A DNA stretch of 64,000 bases, from positions 40,796,001 to 40,860,000 of the forward strand of contig OX597828.1 of NCBI GenBank assembly GCA_951406725.2, given 5' to 3'. Both the position numbers and the translations under genes were made by a program. The DNA comes from Octopus vulgaris. Its lineage: Eukaryota. The notes under the pieces are model-generated. The model was not told the DNA's origin. It ran no database searches and saw nothing but the letters and a program-made list of their open reading frames with translations. Of this stretch, positions 39,301 through 51,519 are shown piece after piece. Position 1 is the stretch's first letter. The number at the start of each line of letters is the position of its first letter.

Positions 39301-39525
39301 AAACACACATACATGCACACACAGACGCACACACACACACACACACATGCACGCACACACACACACGGGTTCCTTTCAGTTTCAGTTTCCATCTACCAAA
39401 TCCATTCATAAGGCTTTGGTCGGCCCGAGGTAATAGTAATGGATACTTGCCCACGGTTCCACGCAGAGGAAGGGAACCCAGAACCATATAGTTGGGAAGC
39501 AAGCTTCTTACCACACAGCCACGCT
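39050..39525 (-). mobile_element. SINE family A (diverged)
   Basis: Reverse-complement copy with expanded (CA)n linker. Confidence 0.85.
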
Positions 39526-39589
39526 TATACATACACTCAAACACACACATACGCACATGCACTCACATATACACACACATGTATTCGAG

Positions 39590-39957
39590 CGTGATCGTTA
39601 CCAGCGTTGCCTTACTGGCACTTGTGCCGGTGGCACATGAGAAAATATTCGAGTGAGGTCGTTGCCAGTGCCGCTAGAATGGCTCCTGTGCAGGTGGCAC
39701 ATGAAGAACACAATTTGAGCATTGCCGTTGCCAGAACCGCCTGACTGGCCCTTGTGCCGGAGGAACGTAAAAGCACCCACTACACTCTGGGAGTAGTTGG
39801 TGTTAGGAAGGGCATCCAGCTGTAGAAACTCTGCCAGATCAGGATTGGAGTCTGGTGCAGCCATCTGGTTCGCCAGTCCTCAGTCAAATCATCCAGCCCA
39901 TGCTAGCATGGAAAGCGGACGTTAAACGATGATGGTGATGATGATGATGAATGATGA

Positions 39958-39960
<3 letters not shown>
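39590..39960 (+). mobile_element. RTE-tailed retroposon family C
   Basis: AAGCACCCACTACACTC...AGGAAGGGCATCCAGC...CCCATGCTAGCATGG...GTTAAACGATGATG. Confidence 0.88.
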
Positions 39961-39993
<33 letters not shown>

Positions 39994-40105
39994 TCTGCAA
40001 AACATAATTCTAAAAAAGAAGCACATCTCAAAATTATGGGGCAGTATATTATATAAGTTAGATAAGTGTGGTTTATGGGGTCCCATAAACTAGCCATAGC
40101 CAACT

Positions 40106-40195
<90 letters not shown>

Positions 40196-40206
40196 GTCTG
40201 TCTGTG

Positions 40207-40251
<45 letters not shown>

Positions 40252-40898
40252 CTATAATATGAAATGCCGAAACAAATTTCTGTGTCAGTGTATCACACTT
40301 TGACCCCCTCTCTCACTATTCAAAGATACTTCTACTATTCCTCCTGTTGGGGTGAGAGTAATAGTAGGCATAGAGATGGTGACGGTGGTAATAGATTGAC
40401 AGTTGTAATGGTAATGGGTATGATAGTAATAGTATGAACTGTAGTTTTGATAGAGGCGGAGGTGACGGTGGTGGTGGTGGTGGTGGTAGCCAAGGTGGTT
40501 AGAGATGATGGTGAAAGACAGTGGTGATGGTGGTGGAGGGAAGCAAATGAAGTCAAAGGTATTGATAGTGGTGGTGTCAGAAGTCTGAATGGTGTGTGTA
40601 TCGCAGTTGTGGTGGCTATGGTGGTGGTACTGGTGATAGTGATGTTTCAAAACAGTCAACAGAAAGAGAGAGAGCGAGAGAGAGAGAGAGAGAGAGAGAC
40701 GGTGGGAAAGAGAGAGAGAGAGAGAAAGAAGTTAGACAGAAAAGAAATTGTACTGAGCTCCGAATGGGAAGACAAATAATGCTGTTTATCATGCAGCTTT
40801 GAAATAAGTTCCAAGTCAACAAATTACATCATTGTTTTGATGAAAATTGTTCATTGCTTGAAAAATATTGGTCAAGTTTAATAAAATTGAATACGTAC

Positions 40899-42080
40899 TC
40901 AATGCATGATCCAATTACCAATGTACATTAAGGACGCTAATTGCGGTAGGTAGAACTGAACGTGTGGTGACCACACTTGCTCTCCATCCAGGTAAAGCCA
41001 GAGGCGCCTCAACCTTAACGCGAATTTTCGCATCCTCAGCCAAGGCATCCCTAGCCCACCTTTTAGCGGTTTCTGGCAGTAGACAGAGCGCTTCACGAGT
41101 GGCTTTCCTACCTTCCACAAAAAGTGGAAAAGGATTCTCTCCAACTTGTTCAGTCACAAATCGGGGCAAGGCACCACGGTCAGACGGTAGGTGATAACCG
41201 ATGCTATAAACATCTGCACCACCTCCGCCTTTCCTAGCAAGGATAACACCACCCAGACCAGGTCTGGGTTAGAGCAGTCACCTTGCTGGTCATCTTACTC
41301 CAATTTTTCTTTATCTGGAGGTCTGGCCCGAACCAGACTCCAAGCAGCTTAACAGGACCTTCCGTCCAATGCCCCACGACATTATTGGACGGCATCGGCT
41401 TGCCCCTCCAGGTGCCGAGCTGCAAACAAATTGACTTGTCCTTGTCAACCTTTGCTCCTGCCACCGCCTCATAACTTTTGATAGCCTCTTCCACCACTGG
41501 AAGCTGGCCCTCATCCGCCACGACGATGGAGATGTCAACTGCATACACTGTAGCTCCTCTTCCACACCATAGATCATGCAGTGCGCCACCTAGTGCCTCC
41601 AACTTTTGCAATCCTGGCTCAAGAGCCAGTACATACAAAAGCGGGGACAGGGGTCACCCCTGACGCACTGGGCGCTCGATCCTAAATGGCTTTGAAAGGA
41701 AATCATTCACTTTTACGATGGACTCGATGTCGCTGTACAACATAGCAATCCAACCGCTGAAGGTCGGGCTCAAGCCAGCCTTCTCGAGGACCGCTGCCAA
41801 GTACCGATGGTCGACCCTATCGAATGCCTTAGACTGGTCTAAATGCATCAGTGCCCCCACTGCACCAGAAAGCTTCCCCACCTTCTCTAAGGAGTAGCGT
41901 ATAAGGTGGAGATTGTCGTGGATCATCTTACCCAGGATAGCGCACGTTTGCGCTTTCCCGACAAGTTTGTCCACGATCCACGCCAACCTTTTCGCTAGCA
42001 CCTTGGCCAAAATCTTTAACTCTGTGTTCAGCAGAGTTATGGGCCTTAAAATTCTGTATCTCGTCCCCCTTGCTCGGGCA
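40899..42080 (-). pseudogene. L1/Tx1-clade reverse transcriptase fragment
   Basis: RPITLLNTELKILAKVLAKRL, LDQSKAFDRVDH, VRQG*PLSPLLY, YAVD (for YADD), KLLGVWFG, GGLGMP; stops and frameshifts. Confidence 0.93.
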
Positions 42081-42208
42081 AGCTACTTACCACACAGCCA
42101 CTCCTGTGCCTATTTTATAACACATCATACAAAACTGAAAAATTAATAAACAGGAAAACTGAAAAAAATTAAATGTCTTAGTGAATCTAATACCATTTTT
42201 ATAACAAA

Positions 42209-42576
42209 CTAGCACTATGACCTGGCAACGCCGGGTCATAGTGCTAGTGCATGCATATACAGCTGCATGCATGCATGTACACATACACGCGAGTACTGTC
42301 CAAATCTCCGACCAATCACATACAGCTAGCTGGCATTCAATTGGCGTATCAAGTTTCGGGCATTTTGATTGGGTTTTGGATAGAAAATTCACAAAAAAGT
42401 CACTTCTATTGATTTTTTAATGGCTTAGTGGGGTGACTGGGGAAATGTAAAGATGTGCACGACCACCCTTGGACGGTTTTGAATGACCATAGAAAGTTCG
42501 AGCTCTCTAACTGAAAAATTGTGGATTTGTATAAAGGACACACACACAGACATTTTGCCGTTTATATATAGAGAGA
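42209..42576 (-). mobile_element. Non-autonomous Helitron
   Basis: Minus-strand A|TCTCTCTATATATAAACGGC 5' end; terminal hairpin and CTAG|T 3' end at 42209. Confidence 0.8.
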
Positions 42577-42767
42577 TCATACCATACTTATTGAGGGGCT
42601 CAAAAGCCAACAATGCGTTGAAATATTGAATCATTGGGTCTAACCCTTCTAATTCAGTCTCTAGTCACCGCATAAACTCAATATTTTAATGGGGAGACAA
42701 CCCAATTTTTTAACGGCAATTTTTAATGAGGATGAAATAACCAAAAAGTACCTACATTTATACTACA

Positions 42768-42850
42768 GAATATACTACATACGAATATACTACATACGAA
42801 TATACTACATACGAATATACTACATACACAGAATATACTACATACGAATC
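42768..42850. repeat. 15-bp minisatellite GAATATACTACATAC
   Basis: About five direct units. Confidence 0.9.
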
Positions 42851-43254
42851 ACAATCACACGTACAAAATATATAAGGGGAAATAACTTTGTGAAACAAAC
42901 TGAAGAAAAATTCCTACTTCGGAGGTCAGAATTCCTCTTTTCTCTACCAGCTCTAACTTATATTACGTATTATATTTATTTTTTAAATTTATTTTCTGTT
43001 ATTTCCTGAGGCAGACAAGTCTATAAATAAATTAAATGGTAAATAAATAAATTAAATGGTATCTACTTAATTTATATAGCTAGCTCTTGACGTTATTATT
43101 TATATGTGCCCTACATGATAAATGCATTTTCCTTAATATGTTCTACATTACTGCAGCCTCTCAAACATTCTCACAATACATAATAGCATTGAAACAGAAT
43201 TATCTTCTGTTTGAAATTACATTTTAAAAATTTATTTATTTATTTATTTATTCA

Positions 43255-43628
43255 TTTAATTGTTTCAGCCATTGGACTTGGCAATGCTGGAACACTCCTC
43301 AAAGGGTTCACTGTACTTATCTTTTTTTAAAGATCACCAGTACTTATCTTTTTTTAAAGCCTAATACTTATTCTATTGTTCTGCTGCCAAACCACTAAGT
43401 AACAATCAAATCAGCACTAATTGTCAAGTGTTGGGTGGGGTGGGGTGGGGGCACTCAAACAAAGACACACCCACTCACCCCACACACAGTTTCCATCTAC
43501 CAAATCCACTCAAAAAGCTTTGATCAACTTGGGGCTATAATAGAAGACACTTGCCTAAAGTGTCGCTCAGTGGGATGGAACCCAAGACCACATGGTTGAG
43601 ACGTAAGCTACTTAACCACATCGCCACG
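43255..43628 (-). mobile_element. SINE family A (diverged), head-to-head with the next copy
   Basis: Reverse-complement family A motifs. Confidence 0.8.
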
Positions 43629-43641
43629 TGAAAATATATAT

Positions 43642-44062
43642 AGGCGTAAGAGTGGCTGTGTGGTAAGTAGCTTACTTACTAACCACATGGTTCTGGGTTC
43701 AGTCCCACTGTGTGGCATCTTGGGCAAGTGTCTTCTGCTATAGCCTCGGGCCGACCAAAGCCTTGTGAGTGGATTTGGTTGACGGAAACTGAAAGAAGCC
43801 TGTCGTATATATGTATATATATGTATATGTATGTGTGTGTATATGTTTGTGTGTCTGTGTTTGTCCCCCTTAGCATTGCTTGACAACCGATGCTGGTGTG
43901 TTTACATCCCCGTCACTTAGTGGTTCGGCAAAAGAGACCGATAGAATAAGTACTGGGCTTACAAAGAATAAGTCCCGGGGTCGATTTGCTCGACTAAAGG
44001 CGGTGCTCTAGCATGGCCGCAGTCAAATGACTGAAACAAGTAAAAGAGTAAAGAGTAAAGAG
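43642..44062 (+). mobile_element. SINE family A, full length
   Basis: Complete copy with (AAAGAGT)n tail. Confidence 0.92.
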
Positions 44063-46100
44063 TTTAGATTAGTTCAAATACGTTGCAGATATTTCGATTA
44101 CAGTGGAGTGCCGTAGGTGTTTGCCAAGGACAGCATAACCAGTTGTTACAATTGTAGTAAAATAGACCATTTCACAGTGTTCTGTTCCAAGGTGAAGAAG
44201 GCGAGAGTGGAGCGTCGCTTTCTACTGCTACCACCAGTACCTCAACTATTGCAGTCACAGCATTTTGATAACAACCAAAATGCTTCAGAAATGACAGAGA
44301 GTGGCGCGATCATCAAATAATAATAAGAATGTGAATAGGGAGACAAGCAAATCCAAAAGCTTGGCAGTATCAACAACAAAAAAAAAAAAAGATGGGATCA
44401 AACATATAAGTAGCAAACAGAACAAAAACAAAAGGCATAGCAACAACAGCAATAGCAACAACAGGAACAAAAGGCTCAATAAGATCGAATTACAAGAGGA
44501 ACCACAACTGCAACTTAATCAATAACAGAAAATTAGCTGCGGCACACACAGCAACAACAAGAGGCACATCATTAGTAACAACAACAACAGGCCACGGACG
44601 AACTTCTAAGCTATACTGTTCTCTGTTGAGTAGGAATGTCAGGAACCATCATCAATAACAAGTGGTAGCTTTCACTAAAATAAAACATTAGATGACATTT
44701 GTTGAATCACACACGGACAAAAGCTTTCCTCTAAGCAGGGCTTTGATGAACATACTGTTGTAAAAGCACCGAAAAAAAATAGACTTCTAATGAGAATCAT
44801 GTCAGATGCCTCAGAAATATTTTCCTGCATGGCATGGGTGCTTAAAAAATTACTGGACAAATTAGTATTCAAGGACCCTTTCAAGAGGCTTGAAAAAGGA
44901 CTGCTTCTAGATCAGAGGAGTAAGTGACCCATACCCACTTCTTTTAGATTCTTACCATCCTCACAACATGCATACTCAAAAAAAGATGGCATGAATTCAT
45001 ACAGTGTTTGAGTGACATGAAAGCGGTGAAATCTACTCAATGATCTCAGCACACTACGCCCAAATGTATCCATCAACAAGACTAGGGTTTCCATAATGCC
45101 ATCCCCTTCTAACTAACTACAAGGTTTACACCTCTTTCGGACAGCTTGAACAAAATGGTATGATAGTGCTGCGAGCTGGCAAAAAAGGCGGCGAGCTGGC
45201 AAAATCGTTAGCACGCCGGGCAAAATGCTTAGCGGTATTTCGTTTGTTGCTACGTTCTGAGTTCAAATTCCGCCGAGGTAACTTTGCCTTTCATCCTTTC
45301 GGGGTTGATTAAATAAGTACCAGTTACGCACTGGTGTCGATATAATCGACTTAATCCGTTTGTCTATCCTTGTTTGTCCTCTCTGTGTTTAGCCCCTTGT
45401 GGGTAGTAAAGAAATAGGTATGACAGTGCTGCTTCTTCGAAAAGTATGGGTCTAGAGGCAAATACAATCTTCCTTAACAAGCCAGTGGTTCTAGATGGGG
45501 GATAGCCTTATACTAGTGGCCATGCACATTCCAAAAGAATTGGGTGACCAAATTTCTTTAGACATATAGAAAACATCCAAAAAACAATTCATTCATTAGT
45601 ATTAGTGGGTGATTGGAATGTCATCTTAGACTCACAGATTGTTTGACTGTAGCCAATAGGACAGGGGATGTGGTGTAAAAGCTGCTGCTCAAGAAGTTCA
45701 AACTGTGTGACTGATATCTCCTAGATTTCCTTAATGTGCAGTGGATAAATCACAGCAGATCGTATGGGTTATACTTGGTTTTCACCGGGTTAGCTGTTAA
45801 GATTGGTGACAGAGTTTCAGACAGTTGGCAACAAGGATCACAAATTTGTGATCTGTATAATGAATTTAGATAAGACCAAAAGAAGCTAAATGCGTCTTTC
45901 CTGGAGTGGAAAAGAAAAATTCAGGGAGCAGATTCGTCAACTTATGAAACCAGGATTCACAAGTCCATCATCAGGTGATAGGTCTCGCTAAAGAGAAAAA
46001 TTACAGAAGTATCACTTAACTTTTAGTAAAGAGGCGATTACAAAAGAATAGAGTAATAGAGTAGCTGAGCAGTTAAATTGAGGAAAGAAGTGTATAGATG
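44063..46100 (+). pseudogene. Decayed L1/Tx1-like element: ORF1 zinc knuckle and APE endonuclease remnants
   Basis: CYNCSKIDHFTVFC (CX2CX4HX4C) at 44144-44185; LVLVGDWNVILD near 45597-45631; DHKFV near 45836; many stops. Confidence 0.7.
45187..45420 (+). mobile_element. SINE family B inserted in the Tx1 relic, with a 16-bp TSD
   Basis: GGTATGATAGTGCTGC 45157-45172 and GGTATGACAGTGCTGC 45417-45432. Confidence 0.92.
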
Positions 46101-46295
46101 TGACATTGCAAATGGTGTGCAAATAATAAGAATGGGTTTTGACCATTTTTTTTCCAATACATAGAAATCAAGCTGGTCATTAACTAAGTGACGAGGCTCT
46201 TTTGTTTGAGTCAACACAGTTTTAAGGACTTTTGAAAATGTAACTGAGTTATTATGTGCATGTGTAGATAAGTGCAATCCTTCAATAGCTATGTA

Positions 46296-46862
46296 TTGGG
46301 TTGTCTGGAAAGTTCGTGCCGATTTATAGTAGCTTACCTTTCGACTTATTTTAGAACATGGTTGAGTCCATAAAATAGGATTTGACTACATTTCCATTTA
46401 GAGCACAGTTTAAGCTATCTTTTCGTGGAAGAAGGTTTATGTTCCAATAACCTGTGTTAATTCTGTAACCCTTTAAAATGGAAGATAAGAAAGTTCCTTT
46501 TCAGCACTTCATATTTTGGGAACCAAACAAAAATTGCTGCAGCTCGGCTGGGATGTGTTACCCCACCCTCCATATTCACCAGATATTGTTCCTTCAGATT
46601 TCCACTTATTCAGGTCTCTGCAGAATAGTCTTAATGGTAAAAATTTCAATTCCTTGCATGATGTAAAAAGATACCTTGATGAATTCTTTGCCATGAAACC
46701 ACCTCAATTCTGGGAAGAGGGTATTTTCAAGTTAAAGGAAAGATGGAGACACATTGTGCAACAAAATGGTTTATATTTGGTTGATTAAAAATGTAATGGC
46801 AAGTATTTATCGACATTTTTCTTTCCTTTAAAAATCGGCACGAACTTTCCAGACAAACCCAA
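46296..46862 (+). mobile_element. Internally deleted mariner (Tc1/mariner) element
   Basis: TA|TTGGGTTGTCTGGAAAGTTCGTGCCGATTT TIR and its inverse at 46832-46862; N-terminal MEDKKV joined to the transposase C-terminus LGWDVLPHPPYSPDIVPSDFHLF...ERWRHIVQQNGLY. Confidence 0.95.
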
Positions 46863-47364
46863 CATGTCTCTTTAACACACAAGTTTGAATGTGTGCATAT
46901 TTCATTACAATGTATGTATGTGTACATCTGTATGAGTTACACCCACATGCAATTTTGTGAATATATTAATTCCAAGCAACTCAATTAGAGAATCTTTAGG
47001 TCGTTTTATAAATTTTCACTCCCTCATTAATCAATTGTATTAGAATGATGCCAGGCGGTTTCCTCTCTTCTTACTTGGAGAAACCGAGCATTTCCTGGAT
47101 TTTATGCAAATCTGTTGCAAATATGTAAAATAATAGGCCTGCTTGTCTGTATCTATGTGCATATGGTGCACATGCATGCATTTATGCACATGTGCATGAG
47201 AGCATGCATATATGCAAATATGCCTACATGTATGTAAGCATTCATGCATGTATGTATGTCATCATTTAGTTTTAGTTTATTTCAAGATTTCTTGCCAATA
47301 GAGAAAGAATCGGTTTCTAACCTAGATCCAAGGCTCCTTCGTTGGAATTTCAACATCAACAGAG

Positions 47365-47395
<31 letters not shown>

Positions 47396-47651
47396 GTATG
47401 TATGTATGTGTGTATGTATGTATGTATGTGTGTGTATGTATGTATGTATGTGTGTGTATGTATTTATGTATGTATGTATGTGTGTGTGTGTATGTATGTA
47501 TGTGTGTATGTATGTGTGTATGTATGTGTGTGTGTTTGTGTGTATGTATGTATGTATGTATGTATGTATGTATGTATGTATGTATGTATGTATGTATGTG
47601 TATATATATGTATGTATGTATGTGTGTGTGTTTGTATGTATGTATTATGTG

Positions 47652-47978
47652 AAGGTGCATGGCTTAGTGATTAGGGTATTTTATTCACAGTCATAAGGTC
47701 CTGAGATCAATACCCACTAATACCCACTGGCATGCTATGTCCTTGAGCAAGACTCTTTATTTCACATTGCTCCAGTCCACTCAGCTGCCAAAATTGAGTT
47801 GTACCAGTAATTCAAAGGGGGCCAGTCCTGTCACATTCTGTGTCACGTTGAATCTCCATGAGAACTATGTAAAAAGCACGTGTGTCTGCGGAACACTCAG
47901 CCATTTGCACATTAATTTCACAGGCAGGCTGTTCCATTGATTGGATGAACTGGAACAGTCGATGTCGTAACCAATGGA
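47652..47978 (+). mobile_element. tRNA-derived SINE family E
   Basis: TGGCTTAGTGATTAGG head, TGTCCTTGAGCAAGAC, TTGCTCCAGTCCACTCAGCTG; same family as the host SINE near 29700-30705 (minus strand). Confidence 0.75.
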
Positions 47979-48496
47979 GATAAGCGTATGTGTGAGTGTG
48001 TGTGTGTGCGTGCGCGTGCATGTAGTTGTGTGTGTGTGCATGTATTTGTGTGTGCATGTGTGCATGAGTACGTATGTGTGTGTGTGTGTTTGTGTGTGCA
48101 TATGTGCATACATGCATACGTGGATGTGTGTGTGTGTGTGTGTGTGTGCGTGCGTGCATGTATTTGTGTGTGTATTTGTGTGTGCATGTGTGTGTGAGTA
48201 CATATGTGTGTGTGTGTGTTTGTGTGTGCGTATGTGCATACATGCATACGTGGATGTGTGTGTGTGTGTGTGTGTGGCATTTTTATCTTTTACGATTTGT
48301 CTTTTACTTGTCTTGATCATTAAACTGCGGCCATGCTGGGGCGCTGCCATGAAGGGTTTTTTAGTCAAACAAACCAACTTCAGTGCATATTATTTATCTC
48401 TCGTACTTATTGTATCGTTGTCTTATGCCAAACCACTACATTACGGTATAATATTTATACATGTGTGCATAAAAGTATATATGCATGTATATATAT

Positions 48497-48912
48497 AGCA
48501 GGAGTGGCTGTGTGGTAAGTAGCTTGCTAACCAACCACATGGTTCCGGGTTCAGTCCCACTGCGTGGCATCTTGGGCAAGTGTCTTCTGCTATAGCCTCA
48601 GGCCGACCAAAGCCTTGTGAGTGGATTTGGTAGACGGAAACTGAAAGAAGCCTGTCGTATATATGTATATATATATGTATATGTGTGTGTATGTTTGTGT
48701 GTCTGTGTTTGTCCCTCTAGCATTGCTTGACAACCGGTGCTGGTATGTTTACATCCCCGTCACTTAGCGGTTCGGCAAAAGAGACCAATAGAATAAGTAC
48801 TGGGCTTACAAAGAATAAGTCCCGGGGTCGATTTGCTTGACCAAAGGCGGTGCTCCAGCATGGCTGCAGTCAAATGACTGAAACAAGTAAAAGAGTAAAA
48901 GAGTAAAAGAGT
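48497..48912 (+). mobile_element. SINE family A, full length
   Basis: Complete copy with (AAAAGAGT)n tail. Confidence 0.92.
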
Positions 48913-48924
48913 ATATATATATAT

Positions 48925-49731
48925 ACATTGCAGGATGGGGGACCTAGTCAAAGGCTTTCTTTAGATCCCAGAAGAGGAACATTGCAGGCTGTTGTTGTTT
49001 CTGACACTTCTTCTGGAGTTGAAGGGCACAAAAGACCATGTTGTTGATTGTGCCTCGAGAGGGTCGAAAGCCACACTGGGACTCAGGGAGCCCGTCTTCC
49101 GCAAGGATGAGGAAGCGATTGAGTAGGATATGGGTGAAGATCTTACTTGCAATACTCAGGAGTGAGATGCCCCGATAGTTGTTGCAATCTTCTCCATCCC
49201 CCTTCTTGTAGATGGGGACGACAGTTGCATCGCGGGAGTTGTTCAGGGGTGAGGGTCTTGCTTTCCCAGATCTTGAGGATAAGGAGCATCAGATGATTTT
49301 TTCAGCTCAGGACCTCCATGCATGAAAAATTCAAACTGGATGTTGTCTGGTCCTGAAGCCTTCCCCAGCTTCATATGCACAGATGCCTTGTTGAACTCAT
49401 GGTGTGAGAATGGCAGGGACATCCAGTGGCAGATGGAGAGCTGTGTGGTGTTTTGGCGGAGATCGTCAGGAGTGTGTGAGTGGTCGTTAAGTAGGCACTG
49501 GAAATGGGACTTCTAGTGGTCGAAGATTCCCTGGTTGTTGGTTATTGTTGAGCCGGCTGCGTTATTCAGGCCACCAACTGATGACCTTGTGGGGACGAAG
49601 ATCGCCTTGGTTGCAGCATAAAAGCTGCACAAATCTTGTTGGTCTGCATAGTTTTATATCTCCTCTGCTTTCCTCTGCCACCAGATGTTCTGAGTTTCTC
49701 GAATTCCTTGCTAGCATTCCGCTGATGCTTG
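48925..49731 (-). pseudogene. RTE-clade LINE, inverted 5' segment
   Basis: Frames give NIWWQRKAEEI, FYAATKAIF, LPESQCGFRP and WDLRKAFD*VPHP; frameshifted. Confidence 0.85.
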
Positions 49732-49998
49732 CTGCATTGTGGGCCATCCTTACCTAGTTTGGATGTCCGGAGGAATTCATTGCCCTGGTTCGTGCCCTCC
49801 ACAACGGCATTATAGGTAGGGTATGCCATCAAAATGCCCTCACAGACCCGTTTCCCATCACTGGGGGTCTTAAGCAAGGATGCATCCTGGCACCAACTTG
49901 TTTCTCTTTGTACATGGCTGCCATGTTTAATGAAATCCCACTAGACTCGCCTTCCATCTGCATGCGCTATTGCTTAGATGGCGGACTCTTCAATCGCA
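49732..49998 (+). pseudogene. RTE-clade RT, direct segment
   Basis: ALWAILT*FGCPEEFIALVRALH...GLKQGCILAPTCFSLY...DGGLFN. Confidence 0.88.
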
Positions 49999-50009
49999 CA
50001 TGCCTCCAT

Positions 50010-50460
50010 GAACAATTAGAGACTTATATAAATGGGAGCAAACGATGTAAGCTTTGCTTGGCAGAGAAGACAAGAATCTTAGAAAGACTCTCTCTATACC
50101 CAGGGATCTTTTTAAACTTCAGGAAAGAAGTATTCAATCAATGCCCTCATCTAAAACGTTTCCTACTACAAACTTGGAATTCTCCATTAGTAGAATATAC
50201 TTGCTGTATCTCCAAATATCAGCACAGTCAGAGCCAATGTAAGGGGGGATAACCCCATTATGCCTAGACCATGGACATTTATTTTTTGTATATTTCTTGT
50301 ATACAAACCAACTGACCATTATCTATTTTTCCTCTAGTTGTAGAAAGGCTATGCACTTTCAGCCATTTAAGTTCGATGAGTCACCTATGCTGCTAAGCGC
50401 TTTATAGATGTTGAACCAATGGTCATTTTATGATTGGCCATAACTTTTGACTTCCTAAAA
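50010..50460 (+). mobile_element. Penelope-like element 3' end (C-terminal region after the GIY-YIG domain, plus pLTR)
   Basis: YINGSKRCKLCLAEKTRI...FLNFRKEVFNQCPHLKRFLL matches the CxLCxxEK...LNxRxE...CxH C-terminal motif of some Penelope-like clades; hammerhead relic downstream. Confidence 0.8.
50361..50440 (+). ncRNA. Degenerate type I hammerhead ribozyme
   Basis: AAGT-TCGATGA-G-stem II CACCTAT/ATAGATG-GA-ACC(AAT)GGT-C-ATTT; outer GCCA/TGGC. Confidence 0.6.
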
Positions 50461-50539
50461 AATATATCACTGCTCTAATACTTTTGAGTGTGCTTATTTT
50501 TCGGATATATAATATATATATATATATATGTGTATATAT

Positions 50540-50824
50540 ATCACGTGATCACATGACTGACCAGGCTATCAGATCTTGCTACACATCGCTGGTCACAATG
50601 CATTTCGCATTGTTTTAGCTTTCAAATGATGCCACCCCACTGGCTAAGCAAGCTGGTCAACAGAAGAAAGAGTGAGAGAAAGTTGCGGTGAAAGAGTACA
50701 GCAGGGATCGCCCCACCCTCCTGCCGGAGCCTCGTGGAGCTTTAGGTGTTTTCGCTCAATAAACCGAAACCGCGATCCTATGACCATGAGTCCGCTGCCC
50801 TAACCACTGGGCCATTGCGCCTCC
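50540..50824 (-). mobile_element. tRNA-derived SINE family F
   Basis: Minus-strand head GGAGGCGCAATGGCCCAGTGGTTAGGGCAGCGGAC...GGTTTCG; 3' GATCACGTGA into (TA)n. Confidence 0.8.
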
Positions 50825-50854
50825 ACACACACACACACACACACATACATACAT

Positions 50855-50932
<78 letters not shown>

Positions 50933-50987
50933 GGATGGATGGATGGATGGATGGATGGATGGATAGATGGATGGATGGATTGATAGT

Positions 50988-51056
<69 letters not shown>

Positions 51057-51177
51057 TCACTTTGTTTAGTCATTGGACTGTTGTGATGCTGGCTGGAGCA
51101 CCACCTTGAAGAGTTTAGTAAGAAAATTGACCATAGTATTTATAATATTGGTTGTCAAGTGGTGTTGGGGGCCAAAG

Positions 51178-51214
<37 letters not shown>

Positions 51215-51519
51215 TGCACACACATACATACATGATGAGCTTCTTTCAGATTCCTTCAACCAAATTCACTCACAAGGCATTGGTCAGACTGGGAATCTAT
51301 TACAAGACACTTGCCTAAAGTGTTACACAGTGGGACTGAACATGGCACCATGTGATTGAAAAGCGAACATTTTACCACGCAGCTGTGCATGATGCACACT
51401 CAGAGAAATGGACAGACAGGCAGACAATCAGACAGACGGACAGACAGCAAACTTGATTGATTGAGTAATTGATTAAATGACTAATCGATTGATTTATTTA
51501 TTGATTGAGAGACAAGATA

